A stretch of 64,000 nt of DNA from Hyaloraphidium curvatum SAG 235-1 (Eukaryota > Fungi > Monoblepharomycota): assembly GCA_025558095.1 (NCBI GenBank), contig JAIVFI010000001.1, positions 1,364,001-1,428,000 of the forward strand, read 5' to 3'. Made by a program: the position numbers and the translations under genes. Shown in pieces: positions 22,417-32,560 of the stretch. The notes under the pieces were generated by a model that saw only the letters and a program-made list of their open reading frames with translations, was not told where the DNA came from and did not search any database. Position 1 is the stretch's first letter, and each line of letters begins with the position of its first letter.

Positions 22417-23057
22417 GGGTGGGGGCGTGGGATTGACCGGACGGCGCCGCCAAAGGGGACCTGGATCTGCAGACAGACTGACTATGCATTCATCTCGGCC
22501 GCCGCGACCGCGGGCCGCATCCTATTAGAGCTATAGATGACGCATCATCGCCGTTGTCCCCGGTTATCCAGCGGTCCATCTTGGCTGCCGCAATGACAGG
22601 GGATCGTCCGCGGCGCAGCGGATCGGCCCCGGCGCATGCATGCCACGGCGGGGCGGGCACGGCAGTTTGCTGAGGCCTGCGCACGAAAGCGGTTGGAATG
22701 CGCCGTTTTGCCGGCGATTTTTGCGGAGGCCCCTGCGGATCGAGGCTGGGCGGTGCTGGATCGGGGCGGGTCCTGTTTTGTTTGGCGCCGCAGCAGCGGT
22801 GGGTCCAGGATCGACGCGTCCCGAATCCGGCCCACGGCAGCAAATGCAAAGCGGCAAACAGACGAGATCGTGGATCTCGCCGTCGATCTCCGATTGGTTG
22901 GACGCCGGGGCGGCCGGGCCCGTGCGGAGCGAGATCCGGCGGCCCGCCGCGAAAGGAAGTGCGCTGCTGCGGCGCGGGGCGGCGGTCCCCCCGCAGGGCG
23001 CTGCGGCATCCCGCGACGCCGACGAACCGCGAGCCCGTTCGCCTGTTTCGCGCAGCG

Positions 23058-25503
23058 ATGGACGCCCCGCGGCGCGCGAATCGGGCTGCGCCGGGCGCGC
23101 GGCCGCCGCGGAGCGGAGATCGGCCGTCCAAAGGCGCGCGGGCGGTGCTGCTCGGGCTGCTCCTGCTCGCCGCTTTTGTCGTCGGATCCGCGGCCGCTGC
23201 AGGCCCGGGGACCCCGGCGCCGGCCGACGATGCGCCCGATTTTGTTGGGGACGCGGCGTCCGCCGGCCTGCACGCCCCGCCGATGCCGCGCAGGCTCGCG
23301 CCGCGGCAGCTGCCCTCCGGCGGCCAGACGTACGCGTGGTTCGACGTCGTCGTGCAGAAGCCGGGCACCGGCCAGCGCGGCAGGCGCGTGCACAGCGTGG
23401 TGGCCCGCGGGCTGGGCGCAGATCGCGACGGCGACGTCACGGCCCAGCTGCAGCGCGGCATCGACGAGTGCGCCCGCGTGGTGCGCGACAGGAACGTCCT
23501 GAGGTGCCAGCTGGTTCTGACCAGGGGCAGGACTTGTGGGTGGACATTCCGTTCCCGCTAATGACAGCTGACCCCCGATCCCGCAGACCGCCTCACCTCG
23601 CTCGTCGTGCCCGCCGGCATGCGCGACTTCACCCTCGTCGGCGCCCAGGCCACCCTCGTCTTCACCCGCGACAACTTCGCCTGCCCGCCAGAGGGCGGCA
23701 ACGAGGACGGCGGCTGCCGCCCGTACTTCGACGTGCGCGGCTGCACCCGCTGCCAGTTCCAGTACTTCACCGTAGATTGGGACTGGAACCGCTGGCGCAT
23801 CGCCTCGCTCGTCAGGCTGCTGGGCACCGCGCACGATTACACCTCCAACATCTCCACCTGGACCTTCCGCATCGAGTCGCCGTCCAACCCGCCGGGGGGG
23901 CTCAACACCGACACCTTGTTCCAGTTCCAGTCTATCCTCCCCGTGGATCCGGACACCCTCACCATCGGAGTGCGCAACACCCCCGAGTTCTACCTGACGG
24001 GGGCCACGGCCGTGTGGGGCGGCCGCACGCGGCTGGCCAGCAACTCGGCGGCTGCCAACCTGCCCAAGGAGGTGCCCGCGGGCGTGCTCGGGGACCCAAA
24101 CGCCCGCGTGGTCAAGGTGGACAACGTGCGCGTCGCCCCCGCGGGCGGGGGCGGGGGCCTCTCGCCCAACATCATCACCTCCTCGCCCGTCGTCACCGTG
24201 GTAATCAACCGGACCAACAACAACGACTTTGGGAGCGCCGAGGTCGCGCCGTCGCCGGTCGGGTCGCTGTGGTGGGTTCGGGGCTCACTCGTCCCGTCAA
24301 CATTCTTGGAGTAACCGCGCTACCTCCTAAACAGGATGATCAAACACCTGACGTACGAGGTCCACGGCTTCCGCCTCCGCAGCTGCGTCCACTGCACCCT
24401 CCTGGGCATCAACGTGCGCTCGGTCCCCGGCAAGGCCGTCATGATCGACGCCCGCTCGGAAAGCATCGAAGTAACCGGGCTCAACGTGGTCATGCAGCAG
24501 GCGCCCTCCATCGGCGGCCCCCGGACCATGTCCGGCGCGGCGGACGGCATCTTTGCCGCCATGACCAGAGGCAACATCCTCATCCGCGACTCCAACTTTG
24601 CCTACCTCGGCGACGACCCCATCAACGTGCACATCCCCACCTCGATGCACAACATCACCTACGGCGCCGACCGCTCCACCATCGTCGTCGCGCGCAGCCC
24701 GGCCTGGCGGGTGCGCTACTCGGCGGGCGAGTACATCCAGTTCCTGGACGCGGACTTTGTCCGCCCCCTCGGCATCTTTCGACGCATCGTGACCGCCAGC
24801 TACAACCCCTGGGCCGGCGAAGGCACCTGGACCCTCCGCCTGGCCAGCCCCGTCCCCGACCTCCCCATCTTCAACGCCGACCCCCCGATCAGCCTGGGCA
24901 TCGCCAACGTGCGCTGGTCCGCGCGCAACGTCATCGTGCGCAACGTGCGGACGAGCAACCACCGCGCGAGGGGGTTGCTGGTGCAGGCGGTGGAGAACGT
25001 GGTGGTGGAGAACTGCAGCTTCAGGAGGGTGCAGCAGGCGGGGATCCTGGTGCGGCCGTGCGCGGCGACGCAGGAGGGGATCGGGGTGACAAACGCGGTG
25101 TTTGCCAACAACGTGTTCGACGGGGTGGACGTGACGGGGTGGAACGCGGCGGCGATGGTCGAGGTGATGAACAGGAGGTGGCAGCGGGTGCCCTCGGAGA
25201 ACAGGAACTCGGACATCCGGATGATCAACAACCGGATCTCGCAGGCACCGTCGTGGGTATCTCGCCATGCTCCCCGCCTCGTCGTCTGACCCCTCGCTCC
25301 CCTCCGCCAGCTACGCCATCGACGCCGACTCGGCCGCAAACCTCTACATCGCCAACACGGTCTCCACCCCCTCCCCGAACCCCGCCGACGAGTTCGCAGG
25401 CCGCATCGGCGTCACCTTCTCCACCAACGTCACCAGGACCGGCAACGTCTTTTGCGGCTCGAGCTGCGAGCGGTCCGAGGCCTGGGTGTCGATCGACTAC
25501 TGA
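23058..25503 (+). CDS. Secreted/membrane-anchored right-handed beta-helix protein, GH110 (alpha-galactosidase)-like; 4 exons
   Basis: Hydrophobic leader AVLLGLLLLAAFVVGSAAA; motifs ADGIFAAMTRGNILIRDSNFAYLGDDPINVH, NHRARGLLVQ..VVVENCSF, EGIGVTNAVFANNVF; introns ~23503-23587, 24272-24334, 25253-25310. Confidence 0.7.
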
Positions 25504-26010
25504 GGGCCCCGGATCGGGATCGGGGCCGCCATCATCCACGGGCTGTGTCTCTCTGTCGGTACTGCGTTCCCGCGCACGCATGAGGCGCGGGAGGATATCC
25601 CACCAACTTATATCCAGGTCGGAATACATCGCATCTTCGCTGGTCGCTGCCGTGCGCCAGAAAGCAGACGGCCGAACAGCACGGAGCTACCACAAGAGCG
25701 AGAATCCGTTCTTCGGTAGCCAATAATATACTGTCCGTCGAGCAGCTCCTAATCGATCGGCTGTTCCTCGCAGCGCGCCAAGTAAGTCGAGGCATTGCCG
25801 CGCTTCCGAATTTACCGGCAGTCACGCCATGCCGCTTTTCGCGAATGGAGTTCGGATGCATGTATATGGACTTGCCAGATGCTGCCGTTGGAGAGAGTTT
25901 GGGCGTCCACGCGTTCGAGGCTTTTGCGTTTTGCCCGTCCCCTTTTTTGCCACCCGGCCCGGCGCAGCCGATTCATCTGTTTTCACATCCCTCGACGAAG
26001 AAAACGGAAA

Positions 26011-27281
26011 ATGCTGCGCGCCTTCGACGACCGCCAAGTTCCCGATTTTGCAGTGGCAGGCCTCGACCCTCCTGCCCGCGCGTCGAACCCGGCGACGTTC
26101 ACGAACGTCGGGCAAGGAGGGAGTTACCTCTTGAAGAGCGTCATGTCCGCCCGTGAGCGCCGCCGCTCCGCAGCTTCGGCGCTTTTTCCGACCCCCTCCG
26201 ACACAGGCGAGACCGGTCAGATCATCCCCGAGCCGCTGCTGGGGGACGGAGTGGTCGTGGTCGGGCTGCAGGCTTTGGAAGCGATGGAAGCCCAAGGGGG
26301 CGGTGGGCAGTTCCCGGCTATCGGTCCAACGGTTGCTCATAGGCTTTGCAACAGGGCCCATGAGTTCTTTGCGCGGTATCCTGGACGCGGCGCTCGGTCC
26401 TCTCATGGCTCAGATGGCTGCGGTGGGAGGCCACGTGGCGTGCATCTCCCACCTTGAGGGCCAACTTACCCACACCAACGCCCAGCTGGCGCCGTTGCCG
26501 GTCCAATTTGCCACCCTCTCGAACCAAGGCGCCGCCCTCTCGACCCAAGTGACCAACCTGTCGACCGAAGTCGCCGCCCTCTCGAACCAAGGCGCCGCCC
26601 TCTCGACCCAAGTGACCAACCTGTCGACCGAAGTCGCCGCCCTCTCGAACCAAGGCGCCGCCCTCTCGACCCAGATGACCAACCTGTCGATCCAAGTGAC
26701 CAACCTCTCGACCCAAGTGACCACGCTCTCGAACAAGGTCGACGTGATCGGCAACGACGTCGCGTTGTCGAGGAACTACCACAAGTGCGGCTCCTCACTC
26801 GACGAGTTCTCGATCATCTGCAACTGCAATGGAGCTCTGCCAACGGACGTGAGCTTCCCCGGCGCGCGTGTGTACCCAATGCCCCATGCTCATCTCTCGC
26901 AATCATCCAACCCAGGTCGGTTTGCCCGCCCTGCGTCGCCTCAGCGATCTCCGCGAACTCAGCACCCACATCCTTGATGAGTACCTCGTGTTCTACCTTG
27001 GCGGGCGGTTCCATCCCGCTGGGCCGCGCAAGGGTCGGGCGCTGAACCGGCAGGAGGTCCGATCGCGCAAGCTCACGAAGCTATGCACACTCATCGGCCT
27101 GTCGGGCGACCGCATCACTGACTTGCTGCTCGGAAGAATCCCGGAGAGCGAGGAGGAAGGCTCCGAGGCGGGCGGAGAAGGCGCGGCGGGCGTCCCGGAA
27201 GGCGACGAGGAAGCCGCTGCAGATGATCCGGATGGCTCTGACGGCAGCGCGGAAGACGATCCGGATGAGAAGCAGGCGTGA
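26011..27281 (+). CDS. Coiled-coil repeat protein with Mug135/DUF1773-like C-terminal domain and acidic tail; ~4 exons
   Basis: Introns ~26153-26206, 26303-26354 and 26849-26914 give one frame; heptad repeats followed by SRN..D.F..I.N.NG.LP..VGLPAL..L.DL.EL....LDEYL.FY...K...L..LIG. The start is uncertain. Confidence 0.6.
26514..26735 (+). repeat. Coding tandem repeat, 63-bp unit (3 x 21-bp heptad subunits), ~3.5 copies
   Basis: CCCTCTCGAACCAAGGCGCCGCCCTCTCGACCCAAGTGACCAACCTGTCGACCGAAGTCGCCG at 26514 and 26577 (identical) and 26640 (variant); encodes LSNQGAA-LSTQVTN-LSTEVAA. Confidence 0.95.
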
Positions 27282-27447
27282 AAGGACGCGACGCGATGTA
27301 CATTCTGGCCGATGCATTGCACAACTCGATCTTCCCACGATCCCCGACCAGCAAGGGAGTCCGGAGCGAAAACAACGCAACGCCGGTCCGCGAACATGTG
27401 CATGCGGCTGCCATGCCACATGCGCGACCACGTGCAGGGACCATTGC

Positions 27448-28944
27448 TCACCACCTCGACATGTCGTCCACCCCGGTCGCCTCCGCCGCCGCCCTCGCCG
27501 CCTCCCACCTCCGCTTCGAATCCAGGTACAGCACCATCTCGTCGTACGTCCGCGGCAGGATCCTCGGCAGCACCGGCGCCTCGCTCCCGTCCGCGCGCCG
27601 CTCGGGCCGCGCGTAGAAGCAGATGTGGAAGCTGTTGCTGTTGTGCCGCTCCCCCGACCGCGGGTTGACCACGTCCACCACCACGCGCACGAAGAAGGAG
27701 CGCCGCGTCGGGGAAACGTAGGTGACGTGCCCGCCGAGCGCGAGGAGGGAGCCGATCTCGATCGCGCGGCGGAACTCGACGTCCGACATGGCGAGGAAGT
27801 TCATCCTGTCCCGCGAAAAGAGGGTGCCCACGGCCCATGCGAGCTCGTACCCCAGGCGCATCAGGTGCCCGCCGAATATCTTGAAGTGCACGTTGCGATC
27901 CTGCGGCTGCGTCATGACCGTGTTGTCCAGCCACGTCTCGCCGATGTAGCGCACGTCCTCGGGGCGCGCGGTGCGGCCCTCGCCCACGACGCGGAACTGC
28001 TCCAGCGCGGGGTCGGTACCCTGCGGATTCTCGTACCGCCGCACCTCGAGGTACAGCTCGTGCAGCAGCAGCGTCTCCTCGGGCGTGGGCGGGGTCTCGC
28101 TGGCCAGGAGGCTCTTTGCGCGGGCCTCCTTGGCGGCCTTGGCGCGCCCCTTGCCCTCGGCGAACAGGCGGCGTTCCTCGTCCGTTTCCAGCCTCAGGCG
28201 GTTCACGGGCACCGGCTTGTTGGTCGCCGGATGCAGCGCAACCATCTGGAACAGGCCCTCGACGAACACCTCCTTCCCGTTCTTTGAGCATATCCGCACC
28301 GTGACTTCGAACGACGATCGCCCGACGTAGCTCACGAAGCCGCGCATGAGCACGTCTTGCAGGCTCTTCGGCCGCAGCTGGTATTTGAGGGCCGAAACGC
28401 CGGCCGTGACGATGGTCACGTCGGGGGAGCGCTCCACGGCGGGGTCGGGGTCGCAGTGGCGGTAGCCGACCGCGGCGGCGAACGAGTCGAGGTCCTCGAG
28501 GAGGAGGTCCAGGCGGAGGTTGCCGCGCGTGTCGACGACTGGACGGGGGAGGGGGAAGCCGTTTAGCGCAACCCTTTCAGGGGAGCCGCCTAGCAAACGC
28601 GCAAGCAACCCACCGTCCTCGAGCAAATCCCGATCCGACGCGAACGGCAACACCTCCTCCAGCATCGAATGCCCCATCGTCACCTCGGCCACCCCCGGCT
28701 CCCCCTGGCCCTCCCCCCCGTGCCCCCTGTCGCTCTCCAGGAACCTGTTGAACCACGTCCGCTTGCCCGACATGACCGGCTTGACGTGGTACCGGATCTT
28801 GGCGAGCTGGTAGGCCTCGTAGGCCGGGGACGTATAGCCCGAGGCTGAAGAGCCAGGGGGGAGGGGGGAGTCCAGGCGCTCTTCGGCGGTGGAGGAGCGG
28901 GTGAGGCGGGCGAGGGGAGGGGCGGGAGGGTCTGGAGTGATCAT
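27448..28944 (-). CDS. Acyl-CoA thioesterase 9-like double hotdog-fold protein
   Basis: GNLRLDLLLEDLDSFA..VGYRH, IVTAGV, GFVSYVGRSSFEV, PQDRNVHFKIFGGHLMRLGYELAW, FRRAIEIGSLL, ILPRTYDEMVLYLD; probable intron near 28540-28615; start inferred at MITPDPP. Confidence 0.88.
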   Translation of the reverse strand: MITPDPPAPPLARLTRSSTAEERLDSPLPPGSSASGYTSPAYEAYQLAKIRYHVKPVMSGKRTWFNRFLESDRGHGGEGQGEPGVAEVTMGHSMLEEVLPFASDRDLLEDGGLLARLLGGSPERVALNGFPLPRPVVDTRGNLRLDLLLEDLDSFAAAVGYRHCDPDPAVERSPDVTIVTAGVSALKYQLRPKSLQDVLMRGFVSYVGRSSFEVTVRICSKNGKEVFVEGLFQMVALHPATNKPVPVNRLRLETDEERRLFAEGKGRAKAAKEARAKSLLASETPPTPEETLLLHELYLEVRRYENPQGTDPALEQFRVVGEGRTARPEDVRYIGETWLDNTVMTQPQDRNVHFKIFGGHLMRLGYELAWAVGTLFSRDRMNFLAMSDVEFRRAIEIGSLLALGGHVTYVSPTRRSFFVRVVVDVVNPRSGERHNSNSFHICFYARPERRADGSEAPVLPRILPRTYDEMVLYLDSKRRWEAARAAAEATGVDDMSRW

Positions 28945-29352
28945 CGCGGGTTGCGGTGGGGGTTGGAGGGCGGAATGGAACGCGTCGGGGCGCGGTGGCG
29001 CTGGGGGTGGAGGGCGTGGGGGGCGGGCGGCAGGGGCGAATCGCGGGCCGTGCCGCCAGGAAACAAAGATGATCGATACGAGAGTCTGATTTGAGGCTCC
29101 AAAGGTCTGCCTTCCGAGCCCGCGGGGCTTCGGAGGACCTTGGAAGCGCGTGATGCTCGCCCTCGCGGGCGCAGACGCGATCGATTGACCGAACTCCGAG
29201 ACGCGTTCCATCGCTCCTCCGGCAGCGCAACGCGTCCAAAACTGTTTAGAACCTTCTCCGGACCTCCCTGCCTCCCGAACTGCACGTTGAGGCCTACGAC
29301 GCGACCTCCTCCTTGACTCCATTGCGCCACTTTCCCGCCCTTTGTTACGGAA

Positions 29353-29863
29353 ATGTCGCTCAAGAAGCTCTCCCAGGTCGCCCTCGACGAGCCCGAGACG
29401 CTCCTCCTCCGCACGGCCATCGACGCAGCGCACCGCCTGCAGATCCCCGGCGTGCAGGACGTCGCCGCGTGCGCGCTCACCTCGTCGGGGCAGCTGTTCC
29501 CGGCGGTCGGCTTCGAGTCCGGGGGGTTCGCGAGCGTGTGTGCCGAGGTGGCGGCGATGTCGTGCATGGTGGCGGCCGGGAGGCGCGATTTGGCGGCGAT
29601 CGTGGCGGTCTGGAAGGCGCCGGACGGCGGGCTCCACATCGTGCCGCCCTGCGGGCGCTGCAGAGAATTGATTACCGATTTCAATCCCCAGTACGGTATT
29701 CTTTGTGATTCGTGATGCTGCGTTTAACCCTGATTTGGACCCCAGGGGGTGGGTCATCGTCAGCGAGGATGAGGACACATGGTCGCACGAGGCCATCATT
29801 AGGCCGGTCAAGGTGTGGATCGGGGACTTGCTGCCGCTGAGGTCGTACCGGAAGGCCGTATGA
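29353..29863 (+). CDS. Homotetrameric-type cytidine deaminase / blasticidin-S-deaminase-like; 2 exons
   Basis: All-Cys Zn motif CAE..PPCGRCRELI.DF; intron ~29691-29744 adds WVIV...VKVWIGDLLPL, the usual C-terminal motif. Confidence 0.85.
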
Positions 29864-30044
29864 TGGTGGGACCCTGTACATTGTTCATTGAGTGTATCCG
29901 TGAGAGGGGTCCCTGGGGCTTCCGTCCCCCGTCGCCCGTTCGCGAGTTAAGAGTTCGCAGACCTCCGCCTCCACATGCGGCGGCCAATCGCACCTCTCGC
30001 TACTGAAAAACAAGTCGTCGGTAGCCGGAAAATCGCGAGGGAGG

Positions 30045-30503
30045 ATGAGCACCGCCGAGCCGCCGCCGCTGCTGTCGCTCCCGCCCGAGCTCCACTCTCG
30101 CATCCTCGCTTTCGTGCCCCGCGGCTCGCTGCCCGCTGCCGCCCGCGCGTGCGGCGAATTGGCTGCCCCGGTGGTGCCACTGAAATGGTCGGCGATGAAT
30201 TTGCGGAAGGAGGCGCATCGGGACGCGTTCGCATGGCTGGCCGCGGGGTTCGCGCGCGACGCCTCTTTGGACGTGCCGCGGCCCGAGGCGTCATGGTGCG
30301 GAGCCTTGGGCTGCGCGACCGCATTTCCCAGAATCCCATCTTCCTCCGAGGACGCCACTATGGAATCCGCCCCGCCGAACCGCACACCTCCCATCGTTGC
30401 ATTGTGTGCTCGGAAGAGCGGTTCGGAGAGAAAGGGATCGAGTCATTATCGGAGGAGGATGAGTCGACGCCCGTTTGTCCGCAATCTGTCCGTCCCGCCT
30501 TGA
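30045..30503 (+). CDS. F-box-containing short ORF or gene fragment
   Basis: N-terminal LLSLPPELHSRILAFVPRGSLPAAARAC matches the F-box consensus; the remainder lacks recognisable domains and the 3' end is uncertain. Confidence 0.45.
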   Translation: MSTAEPPPLLSLPPELHSRILAFVPRGSLPAAARACGELAAPVVPLKWSAMNLRKEAHRDAFAWLAAGFARDASLDVPRPEASWCGALGCATAFPRIPSSSEDATMESAPPNRTPPIVALCARKSGSERKGSSHYRRRMSRRPFVRNLSVPP

Positions 30504-30680
30504 AGCACTGGCTCCGCATGTTTTTCGTGCCTAAGAGGCATCATCTCCGTCGATCACTTCAGAGGACATAGAGGATCCGCTGGACCTGCTGTCCGCCCCG
30601 TGTTCCGCTGCGCGATCCCGATACGTCTCCGATCGCGTTCCCACCCGGCTCCAATTCGTGCGCGGCACGCAATTCCGGCC

Positions 30681-31151
30681 ATGGACCCGTCCTCCGACGC
30701 GTCCCGCATGCGCACCGCCCTCTCCGAAGCCCGCGCCGCGCTGCTCGCCGGCGACCCGCCGTACGGCGCGGCGCTCTTCTCCCCCGCGGGCGCCGAGCTC
30801 GCCCGCGCGCGCGAACGCGTCTTTTCGATGGACGACGCCACGCGGCACGCGGAATTGGACGCCGTGCGCGGTGCCGCGGGAAGCGCGAAGGGCGCGACGC
30901 TGTACGCCACGGGGGAGCCGTGCGCGATGTGCTTCGCGGCCGCGTGGTGGGCCGGCGTGGACCGCGTGGTGTACGGCTGCGCGGCGGCGGACGTGGCGGC
31001 GATCGTGCCCGAGGAGAGGATGCTGCGGCTGTCGGCGGCGGAGGTGAACGCGGCCGCGGACCCGCCGGTGCTGCTGGAGGGAGGGGTGCTGGCGCAGGAG
31101 TGCCTGGCGCTGTTCCGGGAGTTCGCGGCAACCGAGGCAGGGACGGCTTGA
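30681..31151 (+). CDS. Nucleoside deaminase, TadA/guanine-deaminase-like, intronless
   Basis: MRTALSEA..GDPPYGAAL..DATRHAEL..TLYATGEPCAMCFAAAWWAGVDRVVYG (HAE..PCxxC). Confidence 0.88.
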   Translation: MDPSSDASRMRTALSEARAALLAGDPPYGAALFSPAGAELARARERVFSMDDATRHAELDAVRGAAGSAKGATLYATGEPCAMCFAAAWWAGVDRVVYGCAAADVAAIVPEERMLRLSAAEVNAAADPPVLLEGGVLAQECLALFREFAATEAGTA

Positions 31152-31228
31152 CGGGAGCTGCGGACTGAAAGACAATAGGGCAAAAATGAATGTCGACTCG
31201 GGCAGCGAGTTACATTTGCTCGTCGGAG

Positions 31229-31883
31229 CTAAGCTTGATGCGTCGACTCCGCCGGGCACCCCGGGATGACGCAGCTCTGCGGGAGCGAGTACTCGTACGC
31301 CTGCACCACGACAAAGTACCCGTCCGCGCACTGCGGGAACGGCTTCTGCGAGTCCGTCGACGCGATGGTGTACGAGTAGAGGTCCGTGCAGGCGTCGAAG
31401 GTCTTTTGGGTCGAGGCGCCCGCGCGGATCTGCTCCCAGCTTTCCGGCTTGCTGCACGACCACCACATCGACATCTGCCTGACGCGGCCGACCACGGGCC
31501 CCGAAGCCCGGGGCGAGTACATGGCCGTGATGCCCGCGGCGTTGACCGTCAGCCAGAGCTGGCCCGACTGGTCGCCGCAGTCGCCGCCGGTGCCCGGTGC
31601 CGAGCATCCGTGCGTCCGAGTTGTCCGAGAAGGCCTTGACGGTGTCGACCATCACGCCGTAGTACGAGCCCGGCTTGACGGGCCCGAGGACGAGGCCGGG
31701 GGCCCGGACGGGCGAGGGCGACCAGGGCACGTTGTTGGGCAGGGCGAAGGCGACGTCGGCGACGCAGGGCATCGGTGCCGGGTCCGTCGTGTTGAGGTCG
31801 AGGATTTGCGCGTTTGCGGGAGACAGCATGGCGGTGATGAGGGCGCCGGCGAGGGCGAGGAGGGTGGCGATCAGGCGGGCCAT
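31229..31883 (-). pseudogene. Secreted Cys-rich protein copy 3 with a 1-nt frameshift
   Basis: Plus strand reads TGCGTCCGAG at ~31611-31620 versus TGCGTCGAG in copy 1 (extra C); the frame breaks after ...FSDNS. Could be a sequencing error. Confidence 0.75.
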
Positions 31884-32395
31884 CGGTCGATGTGTCTGAG
31901 TTGGTTGGAGTGGGTTCTGGCTTCGAGTAGAGGAGCGCTGGCTGTAGTCGGTCGACTTGATGTCGTTCCAGCGTGCTCCGTGGGGTCATATACCCGATTC
32001 GCGGGTTCTTGCGACAGTTCTCGCGGCGGAAGGTTGGTGGTGCACAGCCTGGGGACCGCGGGCATGGGCGGAGGGGAGACGACCACCGTCTGCACCGGCC
32101 TGGGTTGCGCCACGGGGGCAGTGTTCATCGGCATCGGCTGCGCATATGCCACGGGCTGGGCGGCGTAGGCGGTCGGCGCGTAGTAGGCCGACCCCGACCC
32201 AGCGGCGACGCCGGCGGCGTAGGCCTGCTGCGTGGCCTGCTGGCTCTGCATGGCGTTGATCTGGCTCTGCTGCTGCCGGATCTCCTTCTTGTTCTTGGAG
32301 TTCTGCATCACGAGGCCGGCGATCATGACGTCCTCGACCAGGTTGCCGTTGTTGTTGCGGCGGTCGTCGCGGCGGTCGTTGCGGCGGTCGTGCAT
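31871..32395 (-). CDS. Chimeric ORF made by the inversion: N-half of the WW protein (no WW domains) fused to translated spacer
   Basis: ATG 32395 (MHDRRNDRRDDRRNNNGNLVEDVMIAGLVM...) downstream of the inverted TATAAG element; after VSPPPMPA it reads spacer DNA and stops inside the start of the secreted gene. Expression unknown. Confidence 0.45.
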   Translation of the reverse strand: MHDRRNDRRDDRRNNNGNLVEDVMIAGLVMQNSKNKKEIRQQQSQINAMQSQQATQQAYAAGVAAGSGSAYYAPTAYAAQPVAYAQPMPMNTAPVAQPRPVQTVVVSPPPMPAVPRLCTTNLPPRELSQEPANRVYDPTEHAGTTSSRPTTASAPLLEARTHSNQLRHIDRWPA

Positions 32396-32560
32396 TGTAG
32401 TTGGCGCAAGATAGTGCGAAAAGTGTGCCGTGGATTTGGCTTGGAAGTGTTGTTGCGACTGATGGCGATGTCCTGCCGCGATGCCGAGCTTATATCTGGC
32501 GCCGGGACGGTTTTGGCGGGGTTCTGGCGAGGGGGTTCGAGAATGAGGCGCAGCCGGCGG

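Noticed and set aside
25505-25527. GGCCCCG..CGGGGCC hairpin just after a stop codon as an intrinsic terminator
   Set aside because: No U-tract, eukaryotic context, and 7-bp GC stems are expected by chance at this GC content.
22640-25726. 1028-aa ORF as a giant protein
   Set aside because: Arg/Pro/His-rich off-frame shadow of the spliced beta-helix gene, caused by high GC3. The same applies to most long overlapping or antisense ORFs (e.g. 5934-7871, 36177-37751, 56601-58241).
26514-26735. Direct repeats as a CRISPR array
   Set aside because: Units are contiguous with no unique spacers, are multiples of 21 bp and lie in frame inside a eukaryotic gene; no cas genes.
28945-29811. N-terminal ~290 aa of the 787-aa thioesterase ORF
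   Set aside because: It is antisense to the cytidine deaminase gene and crosses the divergent promoter; the real start is more likely near 28944.
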